Origin: Haliotis rufescens | Taxonomy: Eukaryota | Assembly: GCF_023055435.1 (NCBI RefSeq) | Contig: NW_025963791.1 | Location: forward strand, 6,200,001-6,264,000 | Length of the DNA stretch: 64,000 nt | Reading direction: 5' to 3' | Part shown: one piece after another, positions 37,374 through 50,240 of the stretch | How the letters are laid out: each line of letters opens with the position of its first letter | How positions within the stretch are numbered: the stretch's first letter is position 1 | Notes under the pieces: generated by a model | Database searches by the model: none | What the model was told of the DNA's origin: nothing | What the model saw: the letters and a program-made list of their open reading frames with translations, nothing else | Made by a program: the position numbers and the translations under genes

Positions 37374-37712
37374 GACCACATTCTTGATTTATTGGATAGA
37401 CCGTCTGAGGAGCGGAAGTTCGGTGGTTCGATTCCCGACCGCGTCATACCAAAATACGTTAAAATATGGCACTTGTTGTGAACTTGTCTGGTGCTCGGCA
37501 TTAAGGGGCTAAAACAAGTTCTTGTCGGCTTGGATTCAGTATACTGTGTTGAGTGGGATATGTGTAACTGAAGCACGGTATCTCAGGGGGCCAGTACTAT
37601 AAAACCGACATTAGTCCGGACTAGTACAAGGAGCTTCACACTCGTGCATGCATGTCACTATAATAGTGCAATAATCTTAAATTCGACGTCAAACCACATT
37701 TAATCTCAACTC
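37374..37712 (+). mobile_element. SINE family C, old copy
   Basis: Colinear, diverged. Confidence 0.8.
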
Positions 37713-37983
37713 CAACGTATTTCTGTTCCATTTTAGACAACTCCTCTGAAACAGCACGGTTTATGATGGCGAAACTTAGTATGGATGATCCATGCAATGA
37801 TCTAAACTTGCTCATCTGATTTTTAAGCAATTTTTAGCCATATCTGCTTATCCTCTTGATCGTCACACACTCCCATGTAGCTAGATTTACTGCTCATCTA
37901 CAACCTCTGGCGTTGCAAATGAATTATAATAAATTTTGATTTGCCAAGACCTTGCATGAATGATCCTTGCATTAATGTTTTAA

Positions 37984-38170
37984 TGGGGACCTCTCCCAGG
38001 AAGCGCTGGCGAGTCGAACCCACCCTGAACTTTTCGGAAAATGTGAAGACTCCCCAACACTGCAGCCTTCTTCATTACCCAGGTTGTCAGAAGGGCTGTA
38101 TGTCTGGCAATAAACCCGGATACTCTCCTAATGTCATTCAACAGATTGGGAGGTAGCAAACCTAAGGCAT
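37984..38170 (-). mobile_element. Second 3' fragment of the same RLE LINE family
   Basis: Colinear with 9538-9722 (ctcccaggaagcgctg...aatgtgaagactccccaacactg...gattgggaggta). Confidence 0.75.
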
Positions 38171-38649
38171 AATTTCATTGGATTTGTGAAAAAGGACAAG
38201 ATCAGGTTTGTTGGCCTGGATAGGTCTGAGGCTGTATACGGGCATATTCCAAAGGATTTTGTATTTATCATTTCCTTGACGCCCTCTATATATCCTTGGT
38301 CGTATTATGGATGGACCTCTGTGTCAAAACCACAAGTTAGGCGTCCCCTAACCGTTCCAGGATCGGTCGTGGATTCGAATTTCAAATTTCCTCGATTATA
38401 AACTTTGGTCTGTCACCATCTTATCACGTACACTGCCTGCCCCACTGTGAACCTTCCTCTAACCCTAAGTTGCCACACCATGACACAACATTGTTCAAAG
38501 CGTATTCCTTAGTCTGTATAAAATATATACATTGACTTATTCTTTCATCACGTTTTACCAAATTATTTCTAAAGGAATATTAGGGTATTTAAACATAACG
38601 CCACCCTACTAGTAGGTAAGGCTATATGACACCTTACACAAGCAGTTAA

Positions 38650-39230
38650 AGACCCAGGACGCTGATGCAGATTGGCTATAAAAGATGACATCTAACACAA
38701 TTAAGTCACATCTCTCTCGAGAAATAGATGTCTGAAAGCTGTCTGCGTGGACCTCAAAGCCCTATCACTAGCACATGGCGATAGAAGCTGACAAAGTACC
38801 GTCCATCATCACAAACACACCATCAAGACAGATCCGTCGTCTCAGAACACAGGAAAGATTATGCCAAAGTGACACAGTCAGTACGGCAATTAAACAGAGT
38901 TTGACAATATGGCTCTGGTGTAGTCCCCCCAATGCTGGTATTAACACAGTTCCCTTTGATGGAACTGACGTTTTGTCCGGTCCGCCGACGGACTCGTGTG
39001 TCACTGCCAAAGCAATAATAGTTCATGTCCTGCTCAAAATGTCCCCATCCGTTAACTGTTGTAAATCCCCCGGCTTCAATCACAAGAGTCTTCTGTTGAG
39101 GTCTTGGAAACTTCATTTTAGACGTAGTCGTCAACGATGCAACGACATCATGCACGACTTTATAAGGCTTTGATCTCTTTCGATTGTGCTCAAAGTGACA
39201 TTGTTCTCTACAACCGACTCTTTCATGTCA
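38650..39230 (-). mobile_element. Decayed Tc1/mariner-type transposase remnant
   Basis: Frameshifted VTLSTIER...; GSDTRVRRRTGQ..CV.TSIGG; DGTLSA resembling Tc1 motifs; no intact DDE. Confidence 0.45.
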
Positions 39231-40500
39231 TCAACAAGCAAATACAATTACTTTGAAAACTTCATTTATTAAATTAAAAAGCTCGAGACGTGTAAAACCT
39301 GACAGCCGTTGTACGACTTCAATCGGATTAAAACTATAAGACAGAAACGTTAATGACTTGGTTTTAAAATACCAAAGGAATATTTTGTCTGATCTATATT
39401 AATTAGTTTTAATTGAAAATATTAGTTTCACTCCATGGAAGAAAGGAAATCATTCTGATTGATTTTCTTACAGGTACGTGTGGCAATACAGAGAGTACTG
39501 TGGAGCTCTCCCATTGTACAGTTGATAACGTGGGCAATTATGATTGGCACTTCTTAGATCGCTGAACATCCACAAATGTCTTTTCTATTCAGGGACACGC
39601 AGGAAACAACAATTCGTGCTCCTTAGCTGTTAACATCGGCTGATCGGGGATTGGAATTCCAGAAGGGGCCCGATTATGATCTGCAGTGTCCTGTTTGATT
39701 CAAGTCTTTCCAACACCACTTTGTTTTGTCTGCTGTCTTAAATTGCATGCTGTTGATCATTACACTATTACCCTAATTGCACCGAGAAATGGTTCAATTA
39801 CAACGTCTAGACTTAGACTGGAAATGGGCACTAGAGAGTATAACATAGTTCCCTTTAAGCATCCTGGCACGCTTTGATATAGGTGAAAATAATGTTCAAT
39901 GCTGCGTTAAACTTTTAAAATTGACTCCTTTCAAAATGTCTTTGTATGCAGGATATTTTCAACACTTGACATAAAAGATGGCTCGGTTACAACTTTGTTT
40001 TCATCGACTAAAGAGAGACGTATTGTGTTTTGAGGGCAGATGATGTTTTGGGGAATAGACCAGTAGCAGTTACGACGGTCGTAGCGCTTTGGTCGTTTTG
40101 TACCGAATGGACCATGAATTTGAATCGAAAATTTCAATACTTCAATAGTGAGGTTCACATTTTGTCACAAAAGAAAATGTTCAAAAGAGGACAATTAAGT
40201 TTGAAACCACATTTCAGTAAAAATGTATTCATATAAATAATTGTAGAAAGTACAATGATGAGAGCCGGTGTTTTCATAATCCAATTTTCAGTAAATCAAC
40301 ATGAGTGTATTGCTGATGCTGTAGCAACAACCCACTATATTCCAATATTACGTGTTAAAGCCACTTGCTAATAGGAGTACATTATTTTCAGGAAATAAAT
40401 AAATAAATAAATATTCGATTCCCTCATGAGTACAATATGATTCCCGTTTGTCCGGAAACCGGAAATGTCCAGCTAATGATGTTATATTTATCTTTTCCAG

Positions 40501-40804
40501 AAATGCTCAGATTACGAGGTATCCGACAAGAAACTTTATCCGACATTCGCCAGGACATTTCCCCCCGCGACTCAAGTGACGAAATCTATTATCTCTCTCC
40601 TGCTGCATTTTCATTGGCACCGCTACACGCTCGTCGTAGGATCGTCACACCAGGATCAGACATTTGCCGACAAACTTTCGGAATTGTCGAAGCGTCACAA
40701 CATCACCATCAACAAGCGGATGAAGTATAAAGAGCCTCACATCCCAGTCATTACAGGAAATCCATTCCCTGGCATCGTAGATGAAACCTATATCGGAACT
40801 AGAG
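40501..40804 (+). CDS. Receptor guanylyl cyclase coding exon 2
   Basis: Acceptor tttatcttttccag| at 40500; reads KCSDYEVSDKKLYPTFARTFPPATQVTKSIISLLLHFHWHRYTLVV...DETYIGTR, continuing exon 1 in phase 0; donor G|gtagga, phase 1. Confidence 0.9.
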
Positions 40805-40826
40805 GTAGGAGTATCACACTTATTTA

Positions 40827-41119
40827 TGGTCGACTCCGGATGTATCGAACTCCAAGGCTTCTAGGTTCGTTGTATTCGAAATCCATTATTCTTAAACAAT
40901 TGTTATTGTAATGGGGACCATTCGAAGAGATGAACTGTCTTCTTAGTTGTCTGGATAAAAGGTAGGGTTGATTTCCATTAACAGTCGAGTGAAAAATACA
41001 TTCGCTGTATCCGAAATTCGCTAGTCCTGTTAACATTCTTAACACTATTTGTAACTGCACGACGAGCAGGACTAGCTGTATTTCGTCATTAGCGAATTCG
41101 ACTCATCCGGAGTTAACTG
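40827..41119. mobile_element. MITE, pogo/Tigger-like, about 22 bp downstream of exon 2
   Basis: Imperfect ~26-bp TIRs tggtcgactccggatgtatcgaactc / gaattcgactcatccggagttaactg; TA on the left. Confidence 0.65.
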
Positions 41120-43726
41120 ACAGTATTGTTTCCGATTATATATTCATTGACGTTGACATATAGACCGGGAAAAGTTCGCATCGCATACTGGTTATTCCCA
41201 TATGAAATAGACATTTTTAAGACCGCATCCTGTATAAATTTAATTGTCTGATAGTAAATGTATTTTTTCTTCAGGTGACATACTCAAAATGAAATGCACA
41301 AACCGAAAACGATTGACTAATGACATGCTTGTACCCGTTTTATGGCAATAGTTAATTCACAGCCCTTTCAAGTACTTCCTATGCTTTTTGGAGTACATGT
41401 ATATGATGTGACCCAGTGCTGGCGACTCTCTGGAAGAACGTGAACATTTCCTCGGGTCACAGTGGTATCATTGCCATGGGGTGCATGGTCAGTGTCTTAA
41501 GTCAATATTTACAAAAGACACATAGGAAGATAGGTGGCGCTTAGTTTTTTATCCAAAGGAATCCCATTACGGCCATTCTTGCTGTTGTTGAAAATTCCTG
41601 ATTCAATGCTGAATTTCACGGTGCTATGTTGAAAATTCAAGACACTTTGCAATAATAATGTTGAAGTATTTATTTATTATCTTAATTTTCGACACGGTGT
41701 CATAAATGTTCAACATACTATATTAGTATCTTGATTTTCAGATTAGTATCTAAATCGTGCAAGAAAAATATATATGGCACTAATGGGCTACCGTATATTT
41801 CAGATGTATATAATATTAAACTTTAAGTATAATTGTGAATTCACCTTTCTTTAATGTCGTATTTGTTGACCTCATGTGTGACGATGCAAGCATATGTGTG
41901 GTCAGTGTTCTAGGTGAAAGGTTAAAACGCCTGCTCGTCCTGCAGAACATCGAGTTCGAATCCTAACTTGCAATGCGCCATGCCATGTCATAAATATCTC
42001 ATCTGATATTGATGTCATATTGACCAAGCCTAACATGTCTTTTCTTTACCAAAAATGTACAACGGAGTTCTTGACCCTCGTTGGTACTGATTGACCTTCG
42101 TCGCCGTTCACATTTCCTTCCAGCTTTATCTGGTTTAATGGCATGAAGATGATTCATACTCTGACAGATTGGAAATGTTGTTTTTCCTATCAATTATGTT
42201 TCTTGAACGACTCGAAGCATTCTGAAGGGACATCATAGTTTTAAGAACACAGGGCAGGCATGACCTTGACCAACCTGAATATCAGTTTAACACAGTTTGT
42301 ATAATCCACGAGTTGTTCTAAATAGGTTTCCATGACAATCTATAAATAAATTTGCATTTTAAGGTGAAATCATGTTTACATTTTCTCTTTTGGCAGTAAA
42401 GCTGCTTCTATTTTTTTCTCGGTTTACAAACATGCTCGTACGTTTCCTTTAAGTTTCCAGAAATCGCTCCAATCTACATTTTAATATGGCTTTAAACTCA
42501 ATAGCGACACGCATTATGTTTTTTCAACATAATTACATCATATATCAAATAGCACTTGGGCAGGACCACTCTCAATGAGAAAGGCCTTAATTCGATTCAA
42601 ATGTCTTTGATTTTCCTTCGTTCTATTTTTATGAATGAGCCTGTAGAAAATGCTACGTCTCTCCCATTTGCATTTACATTAGCTTTTTCAAAAATAGGCA
42701 GTTTCCAGACCTTCTTTGATTGCTGTGTCTTAGTTACATTCCCAAAATATATGGGTCAACGCTCTATTGACAAGTGACGTATTACGTTCTAAGAACGACA
42801 TTTATCTCAATCAGCTGTTCGTTAAGAATAAATGAGATATTAAATGAAATGGTATTGGTATCCTGTTTGTTCGATATATAAATGGTCACTTTGCATTTAT
42901 CATTTACTATGAATTAATGACTGGATTGTAACGGTAGGCAAAGTAACCTTCTTTGTCTGTTGAAGACGCTTACCAAGGTGAAGATTTTTATGAGAGTTTG
43001 TATTTGATGTCTCTAGAATAATGAAGCCTTACCAGTACATCGGATTGTTTGAAATACAGTTTTGTATCATGTGTATGACTCCGCGAAAGCTAACGCTAAT
43101 CAATGCATCAAAGAGTTCCAATATTCAAGTTCATTCGCTTCAGTTTGATCTTAAAATAAGGTATGTAGCTGATTGTCGAGATGAAAGCTGTTTATATGGT
43201 TTTGAGGATCTCTATGAATATTTATAAGAAGCCAATTCCTATTGACAAGTCCGTTGCCAGGGGCAGGTTGCTTGTATTTCTGGTACTTGTCCATATCCGT
43301 CGGTTAATGGCATAATGTTGATTGTAGTAATTCATTTATGTTCTTTAGACCGTCGTTTCGCACTGACTTCCTTGTCTCAAATTTCACCAGAGAGACAATA
43401 ATCGAGTCTAGACAGTAAATCAGTGGTCGAAACCATGTAGAATAACCTACGTCATCGGGGTGTGATGACACGCACTCTGTCACGTCACCGGGACTGGCAA
43501 CGTTCGCACGACTTTTGCCGGCTTTTAGGTTGAGAAACACAACAGCGATTATCGACACGAGTCAACCAGGATAGATTTGGTATCAACAGAAATGTTTTAA
43601 ATAGTGTCTACCAACGTTTCTATTTTGAACATCGCTCCATATTTTACATGGAAGTTACGATATTAAAGAAAATATGCTATCCATCTAATAGCCTCAAATG
43701 CAGTCGACCTTATAGGATTGTCAGAG

Positions 43727-43891
43727 TGAGTGAGTAAGTATGGTTTTACGCCGCTTTTAGCAATATTCCAGCAACATCACGGCGGGGGACACCAGAAATG
43801 GGCTTCACACATTGTACCCATGTCGGGAATCGAACCCGGGTCTTCGGCGTGTCGAGCGAACGCTTTAACCACTAGGCTACCCGACCGCCCC
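43727..43891 (-). mobile_element. SINE family A, young, inserted in Naiad-like remnant
   Basis: 16-bp TSD tataggattgtcagag (43711-43726, 43892-43907). Confidence 0.9.
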
Positions 43892-46271
43892 TATAGGATT
43901 GTCAGAGAAAATCAATGAATTCGATGATTGTGTACAGCAATGTCATGTGGATGTAATACAAAAACAATAATAATCAAAGAACTGGCAACGTCAGGTTAAT
44001 GGGAAAGTATAATTATTGTTTCCGGCATCCCAAAGATGGCACCACAGTCATGGTCACAAGAAAAGACGAAGGTCAAATGATGCCATTGATGTGGAAGGTC
44101 TGCTGCCCTCCTTCCAGGAACCATAATGATTGTAACTGCACAAAATAAGAACAAGACAATTCTCTGTGTCGCTGAAAGCATTCAAACGACGCTAGCAACT
44201 TTTGCTGATGGATGGGTCTACAAACAGTAAGAGGCCACGTCTTGACTAGAGAGTAGTTCTTGATATTGCTTTCAAACGTTTGGCAAAACCAGAAACAGAC
44301 TCCACTAAATCAGAAAAAGACCTCATTTTCCTGAATTTGGAATTTGTAAACAAGTGAATCGATGCTTTAAGCTTGAGTAACATTTTCAGACACACTTCAG
44401 TTCCCTAAAGGTCCTACAATATTTCAAATTCTAGACACCACCAACAGTGTCAATTCCTATACGAACACCATCTGATCCAAGTTGTTCAATTATAGGAACG
44501 TGTTGCCAAATGTTGCAGCTGAGAGTGTAACTTCTGCTACTTGTGGTGATTCAAATATGGCCCAATATATGGTGAACACCCTGCTTCCAACTGGGATCAC
44601 AAAACATAATTATGGATGCTGTCGTAACTTACGCCAAAAGGTGCGCCAGTAGAGAAGATGAACCTGTTGAATGTCTTGCAGGATTAAGTCTGTGAGTGAT
44701 GTTGTCAATGGTAGAATGCACAAACTGAAAAAGAGAAAACAAAGTTGGAATCAGCCCATCTGTCCCGGTCAAGCTGTCATCCAGAGAATAGCTGCCCTAC
44801 ATGAAAAGTTTGTAGTTGTCCCCACTGACAAGGCCTGAAATAACATAACCATTATATGTAAGTATCAATATATCTCTGTTTGGTCAACTTACTTGGTATT
44901 AGTGGCATATCAAAGAATGCCACATATAAGACCAGTAAGTTAACTGAGGAAGACATTTGCCCAAACGCATCAGTAATATCAACTTTGGTTTGACTCTAAA
45001 CCTGAAGAATTATCCATTCCACTTTTGTACTGGATTCCAAGCATCCATAAAAATCCGTACAAGGAGAGATATATTGCTTTCTTTATACTCGCAGACAGTG
45101 AGACAAGTGGAGTTAATTCCATGTGGATACTCAAAAACTCAAAGGATTTGTTTGGGGTTTTTTTTGCAACCTCAGAAAACCATTTAATTATGTCAAGACA
45201 TTTGATATTTCATTTTTGTACTCCACTGTCCCACACGACAAACTTAAAGAAAAAAATAAATTCCTTGACCCATGAGGCTCTCTGTCCCCACCGGCAGCAG
45301 TGACGACACTATGACCACGTGATTACTGGTGACCGCAAGTCCACGACTATGTCACTCTCAGCATTCAAACTCTGCTTAAATAGAATGTCTCGCAAATCTT
45401 TATGATTTCTTGCACCGTGTCTATTTCAAATCTGTTAGAAGTTGCAAGAACAGGAAGTCATGAAACATGCATGACAACTCATTTGTTGATGGGTCCTGAA
45501 TGTATTTTTCAATAAATCCTTTTTCATCGATACGTTGTTTTGGGAATGCGTTTCTGATCAATATGAGTCATATATTAGTGCAACTCAAAGTTTAAGAAAA
45601 GTTCTTTTGGAATATGTCAGTCCATGCACACTGGAACTTAGGTAAAAAAACCATGATACTCGTGGCCTTTTCCTGTTTCACGACCATCGATACACTGTGA
45701 CAGCCTTGTATCATTGTCGGTTTGGTTCTACAGCAGACAACGCTATAATCACGTTAGGAAGCTGTACATCCATGCTCAGTCATAGTGAACTTTCCCTTCA
45801 TGTCGAGCAATCTTTCCAGCGGCTCCAGCTTTTGGCGTTTACATTTCACGACTTTTCAGAGACAATCGAGCATGCTCCTTCAACCAAGATTTCAAAGAGC
45901 GTCACACGACTTTTGCTCAGAAGTTGTTTGATCAAGATTACAACGTTCAAGGCCTCGGTGAAGCTTTCAAAAAGTGTTATGGCAGACATCAGGAAGACAC
46001 TTTCCAATTTGACGCATCAGTGTCAAAAATGATGTCCGGTGCAATTCCCTGTTTTGACTTGTATCATATTTTATCAGGTGAACAATTGACATGCCTACGC
46101 ATGTGTTTGTGACGGGTGGCAGTGGTGGGGCAGGATACGCTCACCTTTTCGCGAACTACTGGTATCCACACTATTTGATAGTGATTCATAAACACATGTT
46201 TTATGGTAAAGTCGGAATCGTACGGTCGACTTTCTTTTGGATATTGAAAGGGTTATGTCGCTTTTATTATA

Positions 46272-46433
46272 GGAGCGGTTGGGTAGCCTAGTGGTTAAGG
46301 CGTTCGCTCGTCACGTCGAAGACCCGGGTTCGATTCCCGACATGGGTACAATATGTGAAGCCCATTTCTGGTGTCCCCCGCCGTGATATTCCTGGAATAT
46401 TGCGGCGTAAAACCATATTCATTCGCTCACTCA
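46272..46433 (+). mobile_element. SINE family A, inserted in 3' end of Naiad-like remnant
   Basis: 13-bp TSD cgcttttattata (46259-46271, 46434-46446). Confidence 0.9.
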
Positions 46434-47697
46434 CGCTTTTATTATACAGAAATACAACAACCAACTACTACTGATCGTGAGGCTCATTGGTTGTTTTAAT
46501 TACAGGAGACATGCGCCTGGGTGTTGGGTGGGTGAATGACTCCTTATGGCATTGGTAAACTGTCGAACATGGATAGTTAGTGAGGTTGGTCTAATGCCGC
46601 TTATGTAGATCAGCTTGATGGGGAAGGAATATCCTGATGCGGGTCGTAGAAGTTTACCACTTTTTACCACGAACTGCTGAACTTTCGACGACTGGGCCAC
46701 CATAAGTTCTGAATGAAAATAAACAATTTCCAATTATTGTTTGAAGTTGCTTATGCATATGTCCTTTTTCGACGCTGTAAGCGTGGATATCGGTTGTCAT
46801 TTTGTAAAAGGTTATCCATATTGTACACAGTTTACCCTCTTCATTTTCTCTCACGTGAATCTGATCTGCCACTGCTATCACAGTTAACATGCAAACTATG
46901 AAGCTAACGATAGATTGAATCGGTTCATAATTTGCCAATGCTGACGATTATTGATATCCTCTTTTGGTTTCACTGTATGTGGAGGCAGCGAGAATGAAAG
47001 CGACTATAATGATAGAGAGAGAAGATTCAGTCTTCACATACAGTGGAGGCAACGCCCAATACAACAGAGTCACCCGCTTGCTCTTATATTATGCGGCCAT
47101 GTGATTACATTCAAAACGTCAATACCACAGAACAACCAGCCTCGCCTAAACAGACCCTCTGCGCGCAAAAGGCAAAACATCGACGAAAACCACACGACTG
47201 CCTTTTCGATCCAGATTTCATAGAACCAATTCATCCTGGAAATTAGACACTGCACGTCACTCAATTTATACAATAGGTCGAAGTGTCGATTAATTATTTT
47301 TGTTTACTGTCATCAAGATGCGGGAATGGGATCAAAAAGGGGGCGAGGAGTTGTCATGAGTATCCCCAATCTTACATGCGAGTCATTTAATTAATCATGC
47401 GACTGCGTCTTGAGTATCTGTTATATCCCTGCATCTCCTTTTCCATTTACAATCAATGCATTCACATTGAAATCACATTCCAAATACAGAATTAGAAAAG
47501 GAAATTAATTAAAGTCCTTTTTTTCTGTTGCTTGCAATTTTTAATCATTTATAAACCTGAAATAAATACGCGCCAATGCTTCTTTTTTTATATATCCCAA
47601 TGTTCGATGTATTTTTTTTAAGATAATAGGGTGACGCCTACCTGCTGAAAAGGTCATACAAGTATATGAATGTTTCTCCAGACTGTCACAAGAACTG

Positions 47698-47862
47698 AGG
47701 GCTGTGGAGAAGCCTGGTGGACAAAGCGTTCGCTCGTCTCGCCGATGACCTGGGTTCGATTCCCGAAAAGGGGACAATGTGTGAAACCCATTTATAGTGC
47801 CCCCCGCTGTGATATTGCTGGAATATTGCTTAAAGTGTCGTAAAATCAAACTCACTCACTCA
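47698..47862 (+). mobile_element. SINE family A, diverged
   Basis: B box GGTTCGATTCC, shared tail, (CTCA)n. Confidence 0.8.
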
Positions 47863-48964
47863 GTGGGCACTGCTTCATATCAGCGATGCAAAGAAGCGGA
47901 GGATGTAACTGAAACGATGGTCAAATAGGGATGGAGCAGTAACAAAGCATGTCATGAGATAATATGGTTTGGGGTTTTTGTAGTTCAATATGAGTATGTC
48001 AGTTTTGAAACAAAATTTCTTCTTCAGAGAAAAAAACAGTACATTTTTAATGGCTATTTTATATTGGAATATCTGGAAAGCAGTGCTTTTCTTTTTTGCA
48101 GGTGTATCTTGCACACGGAGATCTTCTGTTGGTTGTTTTATATAGCAAGTAGATTTCTGAATGAAAGCGGCTGAATTCGATAATGACATAGATCGTATTT
48201 ACGTATGTTCTCTGTTATGGAAATGAGGATGCGTTAATGGCTATATCTGGGGTTCCTGTCTGTCCCGTTCCATCGTTTAAGGTTATTTCTAGAATCGATT
48301 AAGCAGGTGTTGGTATAACCATTTAGCCCGGGATAGACATGTCGGCGGAAGTTCTATTCATATCTTACGTTGTTAAAGGCTATCGAATCATTGAAGACGT
48401 TAGTGCACATAAAGCTGTCTACACGTGTTATCATTTGCCAGTCAGAATGTGTACAAACATCTTTATGGAAACGAAGCTAATGAAAGATGTGATGCAAAAC
48501 TTCAAAGCAATAGGAGATATGACCATATTTCTTTTATTACGACGTTTTTGTGGATATGCAACAACGTTTATGTTAGTAAATCACATTCATAACTATTTAC
48601 GTCAATTCAAATGTTCTGTACACGCAAACCTCATAATTGGAAACGCGGGTTATTGTTGTAATGAAGCTAAAAGCATATGTTCTCTTGGGTAATTTACCCT
48701 CATTATACTCCAAATGAAATATTGAATATACAGCCAGGCTGTGATCAGATTGCAAAAACTCCTCTGCATCTTATTTGGGTTTTTTTTTATACTGAGATAG
48801 ATTGTCCTTGGCCGCGTTCAAGAAAGCGGTCTCAGCGCAACAGCGATCGTAAGTCTAAAGTAGGGGAATTACGATCACTTGGCCCCAACATCCCTTCGTG
48901 GTACGAGGCCTGATAACTTGATTAAAACATTATTCATATCAAGTAATTCATGCAATAAGTTTGA

Positions 48965-49133
48965 GTGTGTGAGTGAGTGAGTGAGGTTTTACGCCGCTTT
49001 TAGCAATATTCCAGCAATATCAGGGCGTGGGACACCCCAAATGGGCTTCACACATTAAACCCATGTCGGGAATCAAACTCGGGTCTTCGGCGTGAAGTGC
49101 GAACGCTTTAACCACTGGGCTACCCGACCTCCC
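48965..49133 (-). mobile_element. SINE family A, full length
   Basis: 13-bp TSD gcaataagtttga (48952-48964, 49134-49146). Confidence 0.9.
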
Positions 49134-49404
49134 GCAATAAGTTTGAAAACCTATAAATTTATGTATTACAAAAACTGTAAATATTAAACGCAGTATTCGT
49201 TATGTTTCACATTTATGAAACCTTTGCTATTATCAAATATGAATGTAACTATTTAAACTAACTTTCATTAATCATTATTGTTCATATGTATTGAAATTAT
49301 TTCCAAACATGTCAGCCGTTTTAAGTAGATGCGCATTTCAAGATGTTCGTATCGTATGTATCTAGATGTAGAAACTTTCTCAATTACTACCATGACTTAT
49401 GAGC

Positions 49405-49626
49405 TGAGAAAATCCGGGGTAGAATTGGTCTTCAGCAATCCATGCTTGCCGTAAAGAGACGACTAACGGGATCGGGTGGTTAGGTTCGCTGACATGGTTG
49501 ATGCATGTCATCGTATCCCAATTGTGTGGATCGATGCTCATGATATCAATCACTGGATTGTCTGGTCCAGACTCGATTATTTACAGACCGTCGTCATATA
49601 GCTGGAACAACAAACAAAACCAAAAC
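49405..49626 (+). mobile_element. Family B, single-hairpin type
   Basis: Eroded 5' end, intact body. Confidence 0.8.
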
Positions 49627-49822
49627 ATTACCCACTGAAACTTTTGAAATAGGTTCCACGTGATTTCAGGTAATTTATAAAGTCAATGACGTCATGGTTC
49701 AGTTAAACCCCAATTATCCACACTGCACTGTTTCATGTGAGTGCGCACGGATTGGCACTCGTCCAGATTAAAGAATCATTGGTACGAAGACTTTGTGACA
49801 TATATATGCTACCAAGAGTAAA

Positions 49823-50046
49823 GGGGGCACGAGTGGCCCAGGCGTCTGAGGCGCCGCAGTTCGCTGTGCAGAGTTGCGTCCCTTGGGCACGTCAGAAACC
49901 TATGATTGTCGGTTCGAATCCCGGTGCACCCCGATTATGTTTCTAGGTTTGTCAGCATCATACCCGTGCTCGTTAAGCTGACACGCCGTGATATAACTGG
50001 AATAGTGTTAAAAGCGGCGTTAAACCCGACTCACCCACTCACTCAC
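49823..50046 (+). mobile_element. SINE family D lacking the V-like domain
   Basis: Head intact; cccgtgctcg joins directly to ttaagctgacacgccg tail. Confidence 0.85.
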
Positions 50047-50070
50047 CCAACAGTACATGTAAGCGAACTG

Positions 50071-50240
50071 AGGGTCGATTGGGTAGCTTTGTGGTCAAAG
50101 CGTTTGCTCGTCACGCCGAACGCCCGGGATTGATTCCCTAACTGGATACAATGTGTGAAGCCTATTTCTGGTATCCCCTGCCGTGATATTGCTCAAATAT
50201 TTCTAAAAGCATCGTAAAAACATATTCACTCACTTACTCA
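50071..50240 (+). mobile_element. SINE family A, diverged
   Basis: Full-length similarity to family A. Confidence 0.8.

Larger units (their letters stand above)
2353..40500 (+). other. Intron 1 (38,148 bp, GT-AG, phase 0)
   Basis: Exon 1 and exon 2 peptides join directly (PIISY-KCSD), leaving no room for a missing coding exon. Confidence 0.85.
43580..46450 (+). mobile_element. Decayed Penelope-like retroelement, Naiad-type (endonuclease N-terminal, RT C-terminal)
   Basis: Frameshifted peptides in order: VLDIAFKRLAKP; FLNLEFVNK*IDALSLSNIF; SKLFNYRNVL; IMDAVVTYAKR; LHEKFVVVPTDKA*NNITIICK; LYWIPSIHKNPYKERYIA; SGVNSMWILKNSKDL; VKTFDF..LYSTVPHDKLKEKI; then NFPFMSSN...DFKERHTTFAQKLFDQDY...FKKCYGRH followed by 3' UTR. 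RT core missing (45300-45770 unrelated). Confidence 0.8.

Noticed and set aside
44836-44838. In-frame TGA in DKA*NN as selenocysteine (some Naiads encode selenoproteins)
   Set aside because: The copy has many other stops and frameshifts at non-Cys positions and I see no convincing SECIS; only a family consensus could test this
46272-46345. tRNA-Asp-like gene (and tRNA-like heads of families C and D)
   Set aside because: No intact cloverleaf or acceptor stem; always attached to the same body, tail and TSDs, so these are SINE heads
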